A stretch of 64,000 nucleotides of DNA, from positions 1,824,001-1,888,000 of the forward strand of contig OY764265.1 of the NCBI GenBank assembly GCA_963668355.1, given 5' to 3'. Position 1 is the first letter of the stretch. Each line of letters starts with the position of its first letter. The position numbers were made by a program, and so were the translations under genes. The DNA is from Bdellovibrionota bacterium (lineage in GTDB: Bacteria; Bdellovibrionota_G; JALEGL01; DATDPG01). Shown piece by piece: positions 28,750 through 40,088 of this stretch. The notes beneath the pieces are model-generated. The model was not told the DNA's origin, did no database searches, and saw only the letters and a program-made list of their open reading frames with translations.

Positions 28750-30351
28750 ATGAAGCAGCCTAAATTTATTTTCGTAACGGGCGGAGTTGTTTCATCTTTA
28801 GGCAAAGGAGTCGCTGCTTCTTCCTTGGGTGCACTTTTGGAAACACGTGGTTTGAATGTTCGGATGCAAAAATTGGATCCCTACATCAACGTGGATCCGG
28901 GAACAATGTCTCCCTTTCAACATGGCGAAGTTTTTGTAACCGAAGATGGCGCCGAAACGGATCTGGATTTGGGGCATTACGAACGTTTCACGCATTCTAC
29001 GATTACCAAGGCCAGCAATTTTACAACCGGCCAAATTTACGATCGGGTCATTTCAAAAGAACGCCGAGGAGACTATCTGGGGGCCACCGTTCAGGTGATC
29101 CCTCATATTACGGATGAGATGAAGATGCTCATCCGTGAAAATGCCGATGGGGCCGATGTTGCGATCATCGAAGTCGGGGGTACGGTAGGAGACATTGAGA
29201 GTCTTCCCTTTTTGGAGGCCATTCGTCAGTTTCGTTCGGATGTGGGAAGGGAAAATGTTCTTTATGTTCATCTGACCTTGGTTCCCTATTTGACGACTGC
29301 GGGAGAACTCAAGACCAAACCCACGCAACATTCAGTAAAAGCTCTTCAGCAAATTGGAATTCAACCGGATATTCTGTTGTGTCGAACCGAAGGCGATTTG
29401 CCTCAAGACATCAAGAAAAAGATCGCTCTGTTTTGCAATGTTCCCCCCGAAGCTGTGATCACTGTAAGAAATGTGGATACGCTATATGAAGTTCCTGTCT
29501 TGCTGAATCGCGAGGGCCTGGATGAGAAGATGGTGGAGTATCTCAATATGTGGACCCGCCAGCCAGACTTATCTACGTGGAAAAAGCTCGTACATCGAGT
29601 TCGAAATCCAAAACATGAAGTGACCATTGCTGTGGTTGGAAAATATGTGGATTTAAAGGATTCCTACAAAAGTTTGAATTCTGCTTTGGCTCATGGGGGA
29701 ATTGCCAATGAGGCGAAAGTCGTACTCAAGCATGTGGACTCCGAAGAGCTTGAGAAGAAGGGGGCGGAAAAAGAACTTTCAGGAGTAGACGGAATCCTGG
29801 TGCCCGGAGGTTTTGGAATTCGAGGCGTTGAAGGAAAAATTTCGGCCATCCGTTTTGCGCGAGAAAAGAAGATTCCTTTTTTCGGGATTTGTTTGGGAAT
29901 GCAATGTGCGGTCATCGAAGTGGCCCGCTCTCTTTGTGATCTAAAGAAAGCCAACTCCTTGGAGTTTGAACCAGAAACCGAGGAACCGGTTATCAGTCTC
30001 ATGGAAGAGCAAAAAAAGGTGAGCGACATGGGAGGAACCATGAGATTGGGTGCCTATCCTTGTGAAATTGCAGAAGGTTCCAGGGCCCATCAGATTTACC
30101 GAACCCAGGAAATTCAAGAAAGACATCGACATCGATTTGAAGTGAACAACGATTACCGGAAGCTTCTTCATCAGGCTGGCTTGGTTTCGACTGGGCTCCA
30201 TAAAGGTTTGGATCTGGTTGAAATTGTGGAGTTGGAGGATCACCCTTGGTTTTTGGGCTGTCAATTCCACCCGGAATTTCAGTCAAAACCCTCCTCTCCT
30301 CACCCTCTTTTTAAGAGCTTTATTGGCGCGGCTTTGAGCGGCAAAAAGTAA
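28750..30351 (+). CDS. pyrG: CTP synthase
   Basis: [37 protein letters not shown]. Confidence 0.98.
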   Translation: MKQPKFIFVTGGVVSSLGKGVAASSLGALLETRGLNVRMQKLDPYINVDPGTMSPFQHGEVFVTEDGAETDLDLGHYERFTHSTITKASNFTTGQIYDRVISKERRGDYLGATVQVIPHITDEMKMLIRENADGADVAIIEVGGTVGDIESLPFLEAIRQFRSDVGRENVLYVHLTLVPYLTTAGELKTKPTQHSVKALQQIGIQPDILLCRTEGDLPQDIKKKIALFCNVPPEAVITVRNVDTLYEVPVLLNREGLDEKMVEYLNMWTRQPDLSTWKKLVHRVRNPKHEVTIAVVGKYVDLKDSYKSLNSALAHGGIANEAKVVLKHVDSEELEKKGAEKELSGVDGILVPGGFGIRGVEGKISAIRFAREKKIPFFGICLGMQCAVIEVARSLCDLKKANSLEFEPETEEPVISLMEEQKKVSDMGGTMRLGAYPCEIAEGSRAHQIYRTQEIQERHRHRFEVNNDYRKLLHQAGLVSTGLHKGLDLVEIVELEDHPWFLGCQFHPEFQSKPSSPHPLFKSFIGAALSGKK

Positions 30352-30399
30352 CCCAGGGGCCCCATTGAGAAATTGAGACCCTTCTGGTAGAAGGCGCGG

Positions 30400-31416
30400 A
30401 TGCCTGTACCTTTTAAGCAAGTCGTAAAAGTCGGTGGTTATGTCATGAAGCAGAAGTTCAAGGGGAACAAACGCTTTCCTCTGGTTCTGATGTTGGAGCC
30501 ACTATTTCGATGCAATTTAGCCTGCACGGGTTGTGGAAAAATTCAGCATCCAACAGATATTTTGAAGAAGAATCTTTCTCCCGAAGATTGTTTTTCAGCA
30601 GTGGAGGAATGTGGCGCTCCAGTTGTGTCCATCGCGGGAGGAGAGCCTCTTCTTCATCCCGAAATTGACAAGATTGCCAACGGATTGGTGTTTCGAAAGA
30701 AGTTTGTCTACTTGTGTACGAACGCCCTTTTATTGGAAAAGAATCTCCATAAGTTTACGCCTTCGGTTTATCTGACGTTCAGTGTTCATGTGGATGGAAT
30801 GGAAGAAAAGCATGATCAGATTGTGTGTCAGAAGGGTGTATGGAAAAAAGCCGTTTCGGCTATAAAAGCTGCAAAAGACAAAGGTTTTCGTGTGACGACG
30901 AACTCCACCATTTTTAAGGATGAGTCTCCGGAAGAAGTGGCGGAGTTGTTCGATTTCTTAACGGAGCTTGGGGTGGATGGAATCACGCTCTCTCCTGGCT
31001 ATGAATATGAGAAAGCTCCCGACAAGGATTTGTTTTTGGCCCGTGAACAGACTAAGAAATTCTTTTCTGACCTTTTCGCCATCGGCCGAACGCGAAAACG
31101 ATCCTGGCCTTACAATCATTCTCCGTTCTATCTAGATTTTCTCGAAGGCAAGGTGGATTACGAATGTACGCCTTGGGGGAATCCAAATTATTCCGTTCTG
31201 GGCTGGCAAAAGCCTTGCTACCTTTTGGAAGAAGGATATGCCAAATCTTTTGATGGACTCATGAAAGAGACGGCTTGGGAGAATTACGGCCGCGCAAGCG
31301 GAAATCCCAAATGTGCCAACTGCATGGCCCACTGTGGGTATGAACCTTCCGCCGTGGAAGATTCTTCCCGGAATGTGAAAAATACGATTCGATCGATCAG
31401 ATCAGTGATCGGATAG
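30400..31416 (+). CDS. hpnH: Adenosyl-hopene transferase HpnH (radical SAM)
   Basis: [49 protein letters not shown]. Confidence 0.9.
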   Translation: MPVPFKQVVKVGGYVMKQKFKGNKRFPLVLMLEPLFRCNLACTGCGKIQHPTDILKKNLSPEDCFSAVEECGAPVVSIAGGEPLLHPEIDKIANGLVFRKKFVYLCTNALLLEKNLHKFTPSVYLTFSVHVDGMEEKHDQIVCQKGVWKKAVSAIKAAKDKGFRVTTNSTIFKDESPEEVAELFDFLTELGVDGITLSPGYEYEKAPDKDLFLAREQTKKFFSDLFAIGRTRKRSWPYNHSPFYLDFLEGKVDYECTPWGNPNYSVLGWQKPCYLLEEGYAKSFDGLMKETAWENYGRASGNPKCANCMAHCGYEPSAVEDSSRNVKNTIRSIRSVIG

Positions 31417-32985
31417 TTTGCTTCCATCTCGTTCGATTAAATAAAAGAACTTTTGATTCCCCGACAACCAAGATGTGTAGGGCTCTTGGTCAAGAATCTT
31501 TGCATGAGGCAAGGGTGAAAAGGAAAGAGCGTACTCACCCGAAATATGAGGGAATAGTCTCTTTGTGTACGGAAGCTCAAAATTCTCGGGTTTTTTAAAC
31601 GGACCTAGTTTGGCCAACTGTGGTGAGTGCCAACCATTCCACTCAAGACCTCCTTCGATATCAGATACGGCAACCCCTGCGTTTAAGGCTCGGTTTCCAA
31701 GTGTCCATCGGGCTTGATTCCAGGAAAGCCAATCGTGCATCAGAGCTGTTGAAACGATGGCCCAGGTGAACAGCAGTGTTTTGCAAAGTCTCTTTTGAAA
31801 TGGTTTTGTGGAAATGGCTTTGGCCATCAAAGCCAGAAAACCGGGAAAGAGAATCAACAGGTATCGATCAAACCAGTACGGCGCAAAAAAGAAGACCATG
31901 AGATGAAGCCCGCAAAATATGTATAAGGGGTGTTTCCCTTGGTGGCCTTTCAAGAGCATTTTACCTCGAGAGAACATGCCACAGACTCCAAACGTCGCCA
32001 GGTAGGATAAGGTCACTTGAAGCCAGAGGGGGATGATCAGAGATCGCTCCCCAACCACCACGTCATTCACGGTGTATTGCCCCCATGGGGTGATCATATT
32101 TCCCCAATAGGGAAACCATTTTCCACTCCACCCATAGGCAGTCGTGAGGATGAACATTCCACCCCAAAAAAGCCATTGCCGAGCGTTCTTCGTTTCAAAG
32201 AAGAGAGGAAAACTCATCGGAAATAAGAACAATCCCAGCATCTGAGCGACGCTAAAGAAGTAGAAAACGAGCAGAGATGTGGAATGGAAGGTGGGGGTCA
32301 AGTGCGTAAAGTCTGGGTTCATTTGGGAAAACCACAAATCTGCAAGGAGACCTCCCAAGAAGGGAAGGAGAAGTGCCCCGCTCCAAACCATGCGATGTTT
32401 TGAGGGGTGCAAAAATAGGAAGCTGATGGCCACAGAGAAAGGGAGAAGAATTGCGTTTGGACGGGTGGCCGTGGCAAAGCAGGCCACGAGAGAGGCGAGT
32501 CCCAAAATTTTCAAACGATAATTCTCCTGGGCTTGGACAAAGAGGGCCAGCGAAATGAGGGAAAATGACAGTGTGGGGATGTCGGTCATGGCGGTTCCAG
32601 ACAAGAGGAACGTTAGTGGCGAGAGAGAAAGCGTGGCCGTTGCCAATAAAGCGATTCCGCGCGAGATTTTCATTTGTCGGGTTAGGATGAAGAAAAATGC
32701 CACGGAGCCCAAGAACGAGAGGAGAAGGGTGCTGACTCTCAACACAAAATGAGAAGGTCCAAATAGTAGAACGAAAGGCGCTTGATACAACCACTGACCG
32801 ACGAGAGGAACGGAGGGGCCAAAATGAGTCAATCCTTGGCCTTCCAAGAGATGAAATAACCCTTTTGTATAGGCCCAAGAATCGTTTAAGGGAAAATTTT
32901 GGGCCCACGGGGGGAAAAGAAGGAAGAGGAGCCCCCAGGGGAGATAGAAGCTGAGAATGATGAAAAAATCTTTTCGAGAAAGCAT
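31402..32985 (-). CDS. Multi-TM GT-C fold glycosyltransferase (ArnT/PMT-like)
   Basis: [20 protein letters not shown], many TM helices, GGLEWNGW. Confidence 0.7.
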   Translation of the reverse strand: MLSRKDFFIILSFYLPWGLLFLLFPPWAQNFPLNDSWAYTKGLFHLLEGQGLTHFGPSVPLVGQWLYQAPFVLLFGPSHFVLRVSTLLLSFLGSVAFFFILTRQMKISRGIALLATATLSLSPLTFLLSGTAMTDIPTLSFSLISLALFVQAQENYRLKILGLASLVACFATATRPNAILLPFSVAISFLFLHPSKHRMVWSGALLLPFLGGLLADLWFSQMNPDFTHLTPTFHSTSLLVFYFFSVAQMLGLFLFPMSFPLFFETKNARQWLFWGGMFILTTAYGWSGKWFPYWGNMITPWGQYTVNDVVVGERSLIIPLWLQVTLSYLATFGVCGMFSRGKMLLKGHQGKHPLYIFCGLHLMVFFFAPYWFDRYLLILFPGFLALMAKAISTKPFQKRLCKTLLFTWAIVSTALMHDWLSWNQARWTLGNRALNAGVAVSDIEGGLEWNGWHSPQLAKLGPFKKPENFELPYTKRLFPHISGEYALSFSPLPHAKILDQEPYTSWLSGNQKFFYLIERDGSKLSDH

Positions 32986-33208
32986 GTGTGATTCCCTTGG
33001 GAGAGTTTTTACGATACCGAATTTAGGCTTGACATGCATTTTTGGCGTTTGACGCGCCGTAGCTATTCCAAAAAATGTGCCAAAATAAATTATTGAAATC
33101 ATTAGAGAAAAACGGCTTTTGAACACTTTCAAGTTGGCATGGTTCTTTCCGGGGTGTATCCTATAAGTTCAATGTCCCGAGGCATTTCGTTAGGAGGGAA
33201 ATGAATTT

Positions 33209-34654
33209 ATGGCATTAGAGCTTCGCCAAAGTCTTAAACTCAGCCAACAACTTGTTATGACGCCTCAGCTGCAGCAGGCGATCAAACTTCTTCAACTCAA
33301 TCGCCTGGAGTTAGCGGAACATGTCATGGAGGAACTCCTTGAGAACCCTGTTTTGGAAGAGGGCCTTGAGGATCTGGACGAGGAGAAACAACGGAAGGAA
33401 GCTTCCCAGGAAAAAGTAGAGGTCCAGAAGGAAAAGACCCAGGAGGTTAACCCTGAAAAGGGCGAAGGAACGGATGATATCAACTGGGAAAATTATCTAA
33501 ATAGTCAGCAATATCAGCCGGTTACGGGTGGTGGGTTCAAGGATGTCGATCCGGATCTTCCGACGTATGAATCGACGCTCACGCGGAAGGCTTCCCTCAC
33601 TGACCATCTGCATTGGCAACTTCAACTTTCGAAGTTTTCCCCCCGAGAAATGGCCATCGCGGAGAGAATTATTGGAAACCTAAATGATGATGGGTACTTA
33701 CAGGCCGACGTCGAGGTGATGGCCAAGAAAGAGAAGGTCACTCCTGAGGAAGTTCAAGGGGTGTTGCTTCGCCTGCAACGATTTGACCCTCTTGGGGTGG
33801 GAGCGAGGGACTTGAGAGAGTGTTTGCTCATCCAGGCCAAGACGCTGGAAGACAATGCCCTTTTGGTCAAGGTCATCGAAAAGCATCTCAAGGACCTGGA
33901 GCGAAAGGCTTATCCGGCGGTCGCCAAGGCTTGTGGAGTCTCTCTTGAAACAATCATTGAGATCGTCAAACGCCTGGGCACATTGGAACCCAAGCCGGGT
34001 CGCCGCTTTTATGATGAAAGTGCGCAGTACATCACTCCGGATATTTATGTGCATAAGGTTAAAGACGAATTTGTGATTGTGTTGAACGAAGATGGTTTGC
34101 CCAAATTACGAATCTCCAATTTTTACCAAGCTCTATTGAGGGGAAAAGAATCCAACAAACTCACGAAGGAATATGTGAATGAAAAGCTCAGGTCCGCAGT
34201 TTGGTTGATTCGGTCCATCCACCAAAGACAGCGAACGATATATAAAGTTACTGAATCCATTGTGAAAATGCAGAGGGATTTTTTGGAGAAAGGAATTTCT
34301 GCCTTGAAACCGATGGTTTTGCGCGATGTGGCAGAAGATATTGGGATGCATGAATCCACGGTTAGCCGCGTTACATCTAACAAATTTATCCATACGCCTC
34401 AGGGCATTTTTGAACTAAAGTACTTTTTCAATTCCAGCATTCGAAGGGTTCAGGGGATGGACATGGCTTCGGAAGCTGTGAAGAATAAGATCAAAGAGAT
34501 CATTCAGGGCGAGGATATGAAACGACCTTATAGCGATCAAGAGTTGGTGGAGTTGCTTCGGCAGCAAAACATCGATATTGCTCGTCGTACGGTGGCCAAG
34601 TACCGGGAGATGTTGGGAATTTTATCCTCTTCCAAACGTAAGCAGCTTTTTTAG
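33209..34654 (+). CDS. rpoN: RNA polymerase sigma-54 factor
   Basis: MTPQLQQAIKLLQL, HESTVSR, RpoN box ARRTVAKYRE. Confidence 0.98.
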   Translation: MALELRQSLKLSQQLVMTPQLQQAIKLLQLNRLELAEHVMEELLENPVLEEGLEDLDEEKQRKEASQEKVEVQKEKTQEVNPEKGEGTDDINWENYLNSQQYQPVTGGGFKDVDPDLPTYESTLTRKASLTDHLHWQLQLSKFSPREMAIAERIIGNLNDDGYLQADVEVMAKKEKVTPEEVQGVLLRLQRFDPLGVGARDLRECLLIQAKTLEDNALLVKVIEKHLKDLERKAYPAVAKACGVSLETIIEIVKRLGTLEPKPGRRFYDESAQYITPDIYVHKVKDEFVIVLNEDGLPKLRISNFYQALLRGKESNKLTKEYVNEKLRSAVWLIRSIHQRQRTIYKVTESIVKMQRDFLEKGISALKPMVLRDVAEDIGMHESTVSRVTSNKFIHTPQGIFELKYFFNSSIRRVQGMDMASEAVKNKIKEIIQGEDMKRPYSDQELVELLRQQNIDIARRTVAKYREMLGILSSSKRKQLF

Positions 34655-34707
34655 GATGGAAGCGCTCTTTTTTAACTTAAGAAACCCTCAAAGAAAGGAC
34701 TCCGTTG

Positions 34708-35028
34708 ATGAAGACCACAATCACTTTTCGACACGTACAATCCAGTGATGCTTTGAAAGATCATGTAAATGCTAAGCTTGAGAAAGTCGAAAAGTATGTG
34801 AATGATCCCGCGGAGGTTCACGTGGTATTGAGCGTGGAAAAAGGACGTCATACGGCTGAACTCATTTTAAATGCAAAAGGCATACAGGCACAGGGGACTA
34901 TGACTTCCGGGGATATGTACACATCCATTGATGGTGCCGTGGATAAAATCGAAAAAACGGCGCGTCGCACACATGACAAAACCGTGAACCGGAAAAAGCA
35001 GATCAATCGACCCGAAACGGGAGCCTAG
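34708..35028 (+). CDS. hpf: Ribosome hibernation promoting factor (short)
   Basis: ITFRH..SDALKDHV, DMYTSIDGAVDKIE; follows rpoN. Confidence 0.9.
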   Translation: MKTTITFRHVQSSDALKDHVNAKLEKVEKYVNDPAEVHVVLSVEKGRHTAELILNAKGIQAQGTMTSGDMYTSIDGAVDKIEKTARRTHDKTVNRKKQINRPETGA

Positions 35029-35087
35029 AACGAAACTTGCTGTTCGAGAGATTGTACGATCCGACAAGATCGTATACCTTTCGACCG

Positions 35088-35549
35088 GTGAAGCTAATCG
35101 ACATTATACAAGAATCTCTGATTTATTCGGATCTGGAGTTCCAGGATAAGGAGAAGTGTCTTCGGTTTATGACCGAGAAGATCGCTGAAACCATACCTTC
35201 CCTGGATGCGGATCGCGTTTTTTCCGTCATTATGGATCGGGAACGTTTGAGTTCAACCGGAATCGGGAGTGGCATTGCCATTCCTCATGCGAAGATGGCC
35301 AATTGCCTAAGGCATGTGGCGGCGATTGGGCGAATTAAAACCGGACTCCCTTTTGATGCCATTGATAAAAAACCGGTGCATCTGATTTTTTTGATTTTGG
35401 GTCCGGAAGGCGCCAACGAAACTCATTTGAAGGCCTTGGCGCGGATTTCAAAATTTCTTCATGATACGAACTTTCGTGATCAATTAATTACAGCCAAAAG
35501 TAGTCAGGAGATCTTTCAGGCGATCTCCAAAAAAGATTCGGAGTATTAA
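35088..35549 (+). CDS. ptsN: PTS EIIA(Ntr)
   Basis: RERLSSTGIGSGIAIPHAK, HLKALARIS. Confidence 0.9.
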   Translation: MKLIDIIQESLIYSDLEFQDKEKCLRFMTEKIAETIPSLDADRVFSVIMDRERLSSTGIGSGIAIPHAKMANCLRHVAAIGRIKTGLPFDAIDKKPVHLIFLILGPEGANETHLKALARISKFLHDTNFRDQLITAKSSQEIFQAISKKDSEY

Positions 35550-35552
35550 GCT

Positions 35553-36410
35553 TTGAAAGCGGTCATTATCACGGGGCTTTCGGGATCTGGAAAGTCTGGC
35601 GTCGTCAAGACCCTGGAGGATATTGGCTATTATTGTGTGGATAATCTCCCGGTTGCCTTGGTTCGAACCTTTGTGGAACTTTCTGAAACCCATGGCGGAG
35701 AAATCCAAAAATTGGCGATGGTTGTGGATGCTCGGGATCAACGCCACATCAACCAGCTTCCCAAGACCATTCAAGAACTCAGTGCTGAGGGACATATCTT
35801 CGAATTGGTTTTTCTCACCGCGAGTGACGCGGTTCTGAGCCGAAGATTTAAAGAAACACGACGAAGGCATCCGATTTCTCCAGATGGATCTGTCAAACAA
35901 GGGATCAAAAAAGAGAGAGCTATTCTGGAACCCCTCGTGGAGTTAGCCAACGAGGTTTGGGATACGAGTGATTTTTCCCCGAGTGATTTGCGTAAGCATG
36001 TATTTAAAGCTTTTTCGAAAGAGCGAAAGGCTCAAAACTTGTCCGTTCAAGTTCTTTCCTTTGGCTTTAAATATGGCCTGCCCGCAAACGCGGATGTTGT
36101 GTTCGATGTCCGTTTTTTGACCAATCCTTTCTTTAAGGAGAAATTGAAACACAAAAGAGGAACCGACAAGCCGGTTCAAAAGTTTGTTTTGGAGCAAGAG
36201 GATTCAAACGGCTTTTTATCTCATATGGGAGACATGCTTTCCTTTTTGCTTCCGCGATATGATCGGGAAGGAAAGAGTTACTTGGTTATTGCGATTGGGT
36301 GTACTGGAGGAAAACATCGCTCGGTCGTGATGGCTCAAGAGGTCTTCTCAATCGTAAAAGAGAAGGGGTACGTGGTGACGTTAAATCACCGTGACATCGA
36401 ACGAGAATGA
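35553..36410 (+). CDS. rapZ: RNase adapter RapZ
   Basis: GLSGSGKS, CVDNLP, SFGFKYGLP, IGCTGGKHRSV. Confidence 0.95.
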   Translation: MKAVIITGLSGSGKSGVVKTLEDIGYYCVDNLPVALVRTFVELSETHGGEIQKLAMVVDARDQRHINQLPKTIQELSAEGHIFELVFLTASDAVLSRRFKETRRRHPISPDGSVKQGIKKERAILEPLVELANEVWDTSDFSPSDLRKHVFKAFSKERKAQNLSVQVLSFGFKYGLPANADVVFDVRFLTNPFFKEKLKHKRGTDKPVQKFVLEQEDSNGFLSHMGDMLSFLLPRYDREGKSYLVIAIGCTGGKHRSVVMAQEVFSIVKEKGYVVTLNHRDIERE

Positions 36411-36691
36411 AGCACGTAACTGCAATCGTCGTAAACGAAAAAGGTCTACACACCCGGCCATCCACGGTTTTGGTGAAAACCGCCATGACGTTTCAATCCG
36501 ATATTGAGATTTCTCTCAATGGAGTGAAGGCGGACGGAAAAAGTGTGATGGGGTTGTTGGCCTTGGGAGCTAAAAAGGGATCAGAGCTGAAGATTGACGT
36601 GAGTGGTGTAGATGAAGAAGAAGCGGCGCAGACCCTACAACAATTGATATCGGAAGGAATTTCCGAGGAGGTGCAAGTTGAGCCGCACTGA
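36407..36691 (+). CDS. ptsH: HPr family phosphocarrier
   Basis: GLHTRP (His15), GKSVMGL (Ser46). Confidence 0.9.
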   Translation: MKHVTAIVVNEKGLHTRPSTVLVKTAMTFQSDIEISLNGVKADGKSVMGLLALGAKKGSELKIDVSGVDEEEAAQTLQQLISEGISEEVQVEPH

Positions 36692-38435
36692 AATTCGTCG
36701 ATCTGGAATCCCCGCATCTTCGGGGGTGGCGCTGGGGTACGTACATCTATTGGATCGAGAGAAAGTCACCCTTCCCAAAAAAAGACTTTCCGTGGATGAA
36801 GTCGAAGCGGAAGTAGAAAAATTTGACCAAGCCCTCGAACAAGCGAAGAAGCAGTTGGTTGAGCTCAGGAAACGATTCAGTGAAGAACAAGGCGATGAGC
36901 ACATCTACTTGATCGATGCTCAGCAATTGATGCTGGAAGATAAAAGCCTAACGGAAGACACGCGGGAGACCATTCAGAATGAACGAATCAATTCCGAATG
37001 GGCCCTGCAAAAGAGCATTGAAAGATTTCGAAACATGTTCAATCGAATTGATGATGAATATTTTCGAGATCGCCGAAGCGATATTGAGTACATCGAGGAG
37101 AGGCTCTTGCGCATCCTCGTTGGAAGCCGAGAGCAGGAATATGTTTCCCTCCAAAGACAAGCCCTCGTCATTGCTCACGACTTGGCTCCTGCAGATATGG
37201 TTAAGCTAAATCGTGACCATTTAGTGGGTTTCGTGACCGATACGGGGGGAAGAACCTCCCATACGGTCATCATTGCCCGTTCATTGGGAATCCCCATGGT
37301 GGTCGGGATGCAAGATTTTTCAATCCAAGTTGAGAACGGTGATCGAATCATTGTGGATGGTTCGGAAGGGTTGGTGGTGTTGAACCCTTCCTCAGAAACT
37401 TGGGCCGAATACGAAAAGAGAAGAGAATCCTTCTTGGATAGTCGAAAAGAACTTCTTCAAAATCGCCACCATAAAGCTGAAACAAAGGACGAGTTTCATA
37501 TTCGACTTATGTCCAATATTGACTTTGTAGAAGAAGTTCCCGCCGTCATCAACAATGGCTCAGAAGGGGTCGGACTTTTACGAACGGAACACCTTTTTTT
37601 GGGGGGCACGATTCCCATTTCAGAGGAGGAACAGTTTCGGCATTACAAGGAAGTGGTTGAAAGCATTCGACCGCAGAACACGATCATTCGTTTGTTGGAT
37701 CTTCCAGGAGATCAAATTTTCTCTTTGCCCAATCAACTTGCCACTTCGAGAAGTTCTGCGTTGGGCATTCGGGGGATTCGCTTGTTGACCAAAGAGCCGG
37801 AAATCTTTCGTCCTCAAATTCGTGCGATTTTGAGAGCGAGTGCCTTTGGAAAAGTGTCTCTCATGTATCCCATGGTGAGTTGTGTGGAAGAGGTCCGGGA
37901 GGCCAATGCTTTCGTAGCCGAGGTGATGGACGAATTGTCCAATGAGGGCATTGAATATGACTCAGATATTGCCATCGGCTCCATGATTGAGATTCCTTCA
38001 GCAGCCCTTATGGCGGATGAAATCGCCAAGGAAGTGTCGTTTTTGTCGATTGGGACCAATGACCTTCTGCAATATACGCTGGCCGTAGAGAGGGGGAATG
38101 AATTGGTGGCCAATCTCTACGAGCCTTTGAATCGAGCCCATATTCAATTGATTTCCCAGGTGGTTCGAATGGCTCATAAGGCGGGAAAGGAAGTCGGAGT
38201 TTGTGGTGAGGTCGGCGGAGAGCCTTATTTTATCCCTCTTTTAGTGGGGTTGGAGGTAAATTTCTTGTCCATGAGCCCAGGGTCCATTTCGTTGGCGAAA
38301 CAAGTCATTCGGGATTTGACCGTGAGCGAAGCTAAAAAATGGCTGGAGGAGGTACTTCGATTGGAGACGACCGAGGACATTAAAAACTACCTAAATGAAT
38401 GTTATGGCCAGGGATTGAGAAGTGGCGGTAATTGA
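36678..38435 (+). CDS. ptsI: PEP-protein phosphotransferase (Enzyme I)
   Basis: [35 protein letters not shown]. Confidence 0.93.
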   Translation: MSRTEIRRSGIPASSGVALGYVHLLDREKVTLPKKRLSVDEVEAEVEKFDQALEQAKKQLVELRKRFSEEQGDEHIYLIDAQQLMLEDKSLTEDTRETIQNERINSEWALQKSIERFRNMFNRIDDEYFRDRRSDIEYIEERLLRILVGSREQEYVSLQRQALVIAHDLAPADMVKLNRDHLVGFVTDTGGRTSHTVIIARSLGIPMVVGMQDFSIQVENGDRIIVDGSEGLVVLNPSSETWAEYEKRRESFLDSRKELLQNRHHKAETKDEFHIRLMSNIDFVEEVPAVINNGSEGVGLLRTEHLFLGGTIPISEEEQFRHYKEVVESIRPQNTIIRLLDLPGDQIFSLPNQLATSRSSALGIRGIRLLTKEPEIFRPQIRAILRASAFGKVSLMYPMVSCVEEVREANAFVAEVMDELSNEGIEYDSDIAIGSMIEIPSAALMADEIAKEVSFLSIGTNDLLQYTLAVERGNELVANLYEPLNRAHIQLISQVVRMAHKAGKEVGVCGEVGGEPYFIPLLVGLEVNFLSMSPGSISLAKQVIRDLTVSEAKKWLEEVLRLETTEDIKNYLNECYGQGLRSGGN

Positions 38436-38503
38436 GGTTTAATGCGCCGATTGCGACGAGAGTGGGTCTCGTGTCACGGAAGTGTGTAGAAAAGGAGAAG
38501 GAA

Positions 38504-39670
38504 GTGCGAAAAGGTAAATTCCTGTTTACGTCAGAGTCAGTAACCGAAGGTCATCCGGATAAAGTTTGCGATCAAATTTCAGACGGTGTTTTGGATGCCA
38601 TGTTAAAGGGAGACCCGGAGAGTCGCGTGGCGTGTGAAACGATGGTGGGTACGGGCTTTGTCCACGTGGCCGGAGAAATCACTTCGAAGACCCAAGCCAA
38701 TTTTGAACAGATCACACGAAAAGTGATTCACGATATTGGATATGACGACCCCAATATGGGTTTTGATTCCAAGACATGTAAGGTGACGATCTCTCTTGGC
38801 CAGCAATCCGCAGACATTTCTCAAGGCGTAACGGAAGGCGACGGCCTGTTCAAGGAGCAAGGGGCTGGCGACCAAGGGTTGATGTTTGGTTATGCCTGCA
38901 ACGAAAACGAAGAATACATGCCTTCCCCCATTTACTTCTCTCATGCGTTGACTCGGAAACTGTCAGATGTTCGGCGTTCGAAGGGTCTTTCTTTCTTGAG
39001 GCCGGATGGAAAGAGTCAAGTCACGGTTGAATATGTGGATGGCCAGCCTTCTCGAATTGATGCCGTCGTGGTTTCGACACAACATACTCCGGATGTTTCT
39101 TATGAAGACTTAAAGCAAGGCATTCTGGAAAAAGTCATTAAACCTTCTTTGCCTGCAAAAATGTTGGATGCGCAAACCAAATATTACATCAATCCCACGG
39201 GACGATTCGTCATTGGTGGTCCTCATGGAGATTGTGGCGTTACGGGTCGAAAAATCATCGTGGATACGTATGGTGGTTGGGGTCGACATGGGGGTGGCGC
39301 TTTCTCTGGAAAAGATCCCAGTAAGGTAGATCGAAGTGCCTCCTATATGGCTCGCTACATTGCCAAGAATATCGTGGCGGCCCAGTTGGCAGAGCGTTGT
39401 GAGGTTCAGTTGGCGTATGCCATTGGCGTGGCGGAGCCCGTTTCTGTGATGGTGGATACCGAAGGGACGGGACACGTCTCCGATGACAAACTCGCAGAGT
39501 TGGTGAGAGAGTTTTTCCCATTAAAGCCCAAGGGATTGATTGAGAAACTCAATTTGAAACAAGCGTTATATTTGCCCACAGCGGCGTATGGTCATTTCGG
39601 TCGAGGAAAAGACGGCTTTTCTTGGGAAAAAACCGATATGACGGAAGAGCTGAAAAAAGCGGCTTCCTAA
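38504..39670 (+). CDS. metK: S-adenosylmethionine synthetase
   Basis: [28 protein letters not shown]. Confidence 0.98.
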   Translation: MRKGKFLFTSESVTEGHPDKVCDQISDGVLDAMLKGDPESRVACETMVGTGFVHVAGEITSKTQANFEQITRKVIHDIGYDDPNMGFDSKTCKVTISLGQQSADISQGVTEGDGLFKEQGAGDQGLMFGYACNENEEYMPSPIYFSHALTRKLSDVRRSKGLSFLRPDGKSQVTVEYVDGQPSRIDAVVVSTQHTPDVSYEDLKQGILEKVIKPSLPAKMLDAQTKYYINPTGRFVIGGPHGDCGVTGRKIIVDTYGGWGRHGGGAFSGKDPSKVDRSASYMARYIAKNIVAAQLAERCEVQLAYAIGVAEPVSVMVDTEGTGHVSDDKLAELVREFFPLKPKGLIEKLNLKQALYLPTAAYGHFGRGKDGFSWEKTDMTEELKKAAS

Positions 39671-39730
39671 ATTTTTGCGTTATTCACCCAACTGCTTAAA
39701 AACAGACACTTTTTTTGATGCCTCGATCTC

Positions 39731-39759
39731 TTGACGAGGGTTTCTCAAAGTGTTAGCTT
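39731..39759 (+). promoter_or_regulatory. sigma70 promoter of rpsU-dnaG-rpoD
   Basis: TTGACG-N17-TAGCTT. Confidence 0.55.
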
Positions 39760-39820
39760 GGCGCGCTTTTTTAGTTCGTTAAAGTATTTGAATTATTGGT
39801 GTTTTGGAGAGTGATGGAAC

Positions 39821-40015
39821 GTGACTAAAGTTCGTGTCAGAGAAGGCGAGTCGTTCGAGGGGGCCTTGCGCCGCTTTAAGAAGCAGTGTGAAAAGGCCGG
39901 AATCCTTTCGGAGCTTCGAAAACGTGAGCACTATGAGAAACCAAGTGTGAAGCGTAAACGAAAGAACGTACAAGCGAAGAAACGAGCGCAGAAGAAACAG
40001 CGTGAAAGAGTTTAG
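39821..40015 (+). CDS. rpsU: 30S ribosomal protein S21
   Basis: [25 protein letters not shown]. Confidence 0.97.
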   Translation: MTKVRVREGESFEGALRRFKKQCEKAGILSELRKREHYEKPSVKRKRKNVQAKKRAQKKQRERV

Positions 40016-40088
40016 GCTCTTTCTCCGTTGGCACCTTTTGCGCGATGAGTTGAGTTGCATCCACTCCATCCCAGATCGGTGGTAAGTA

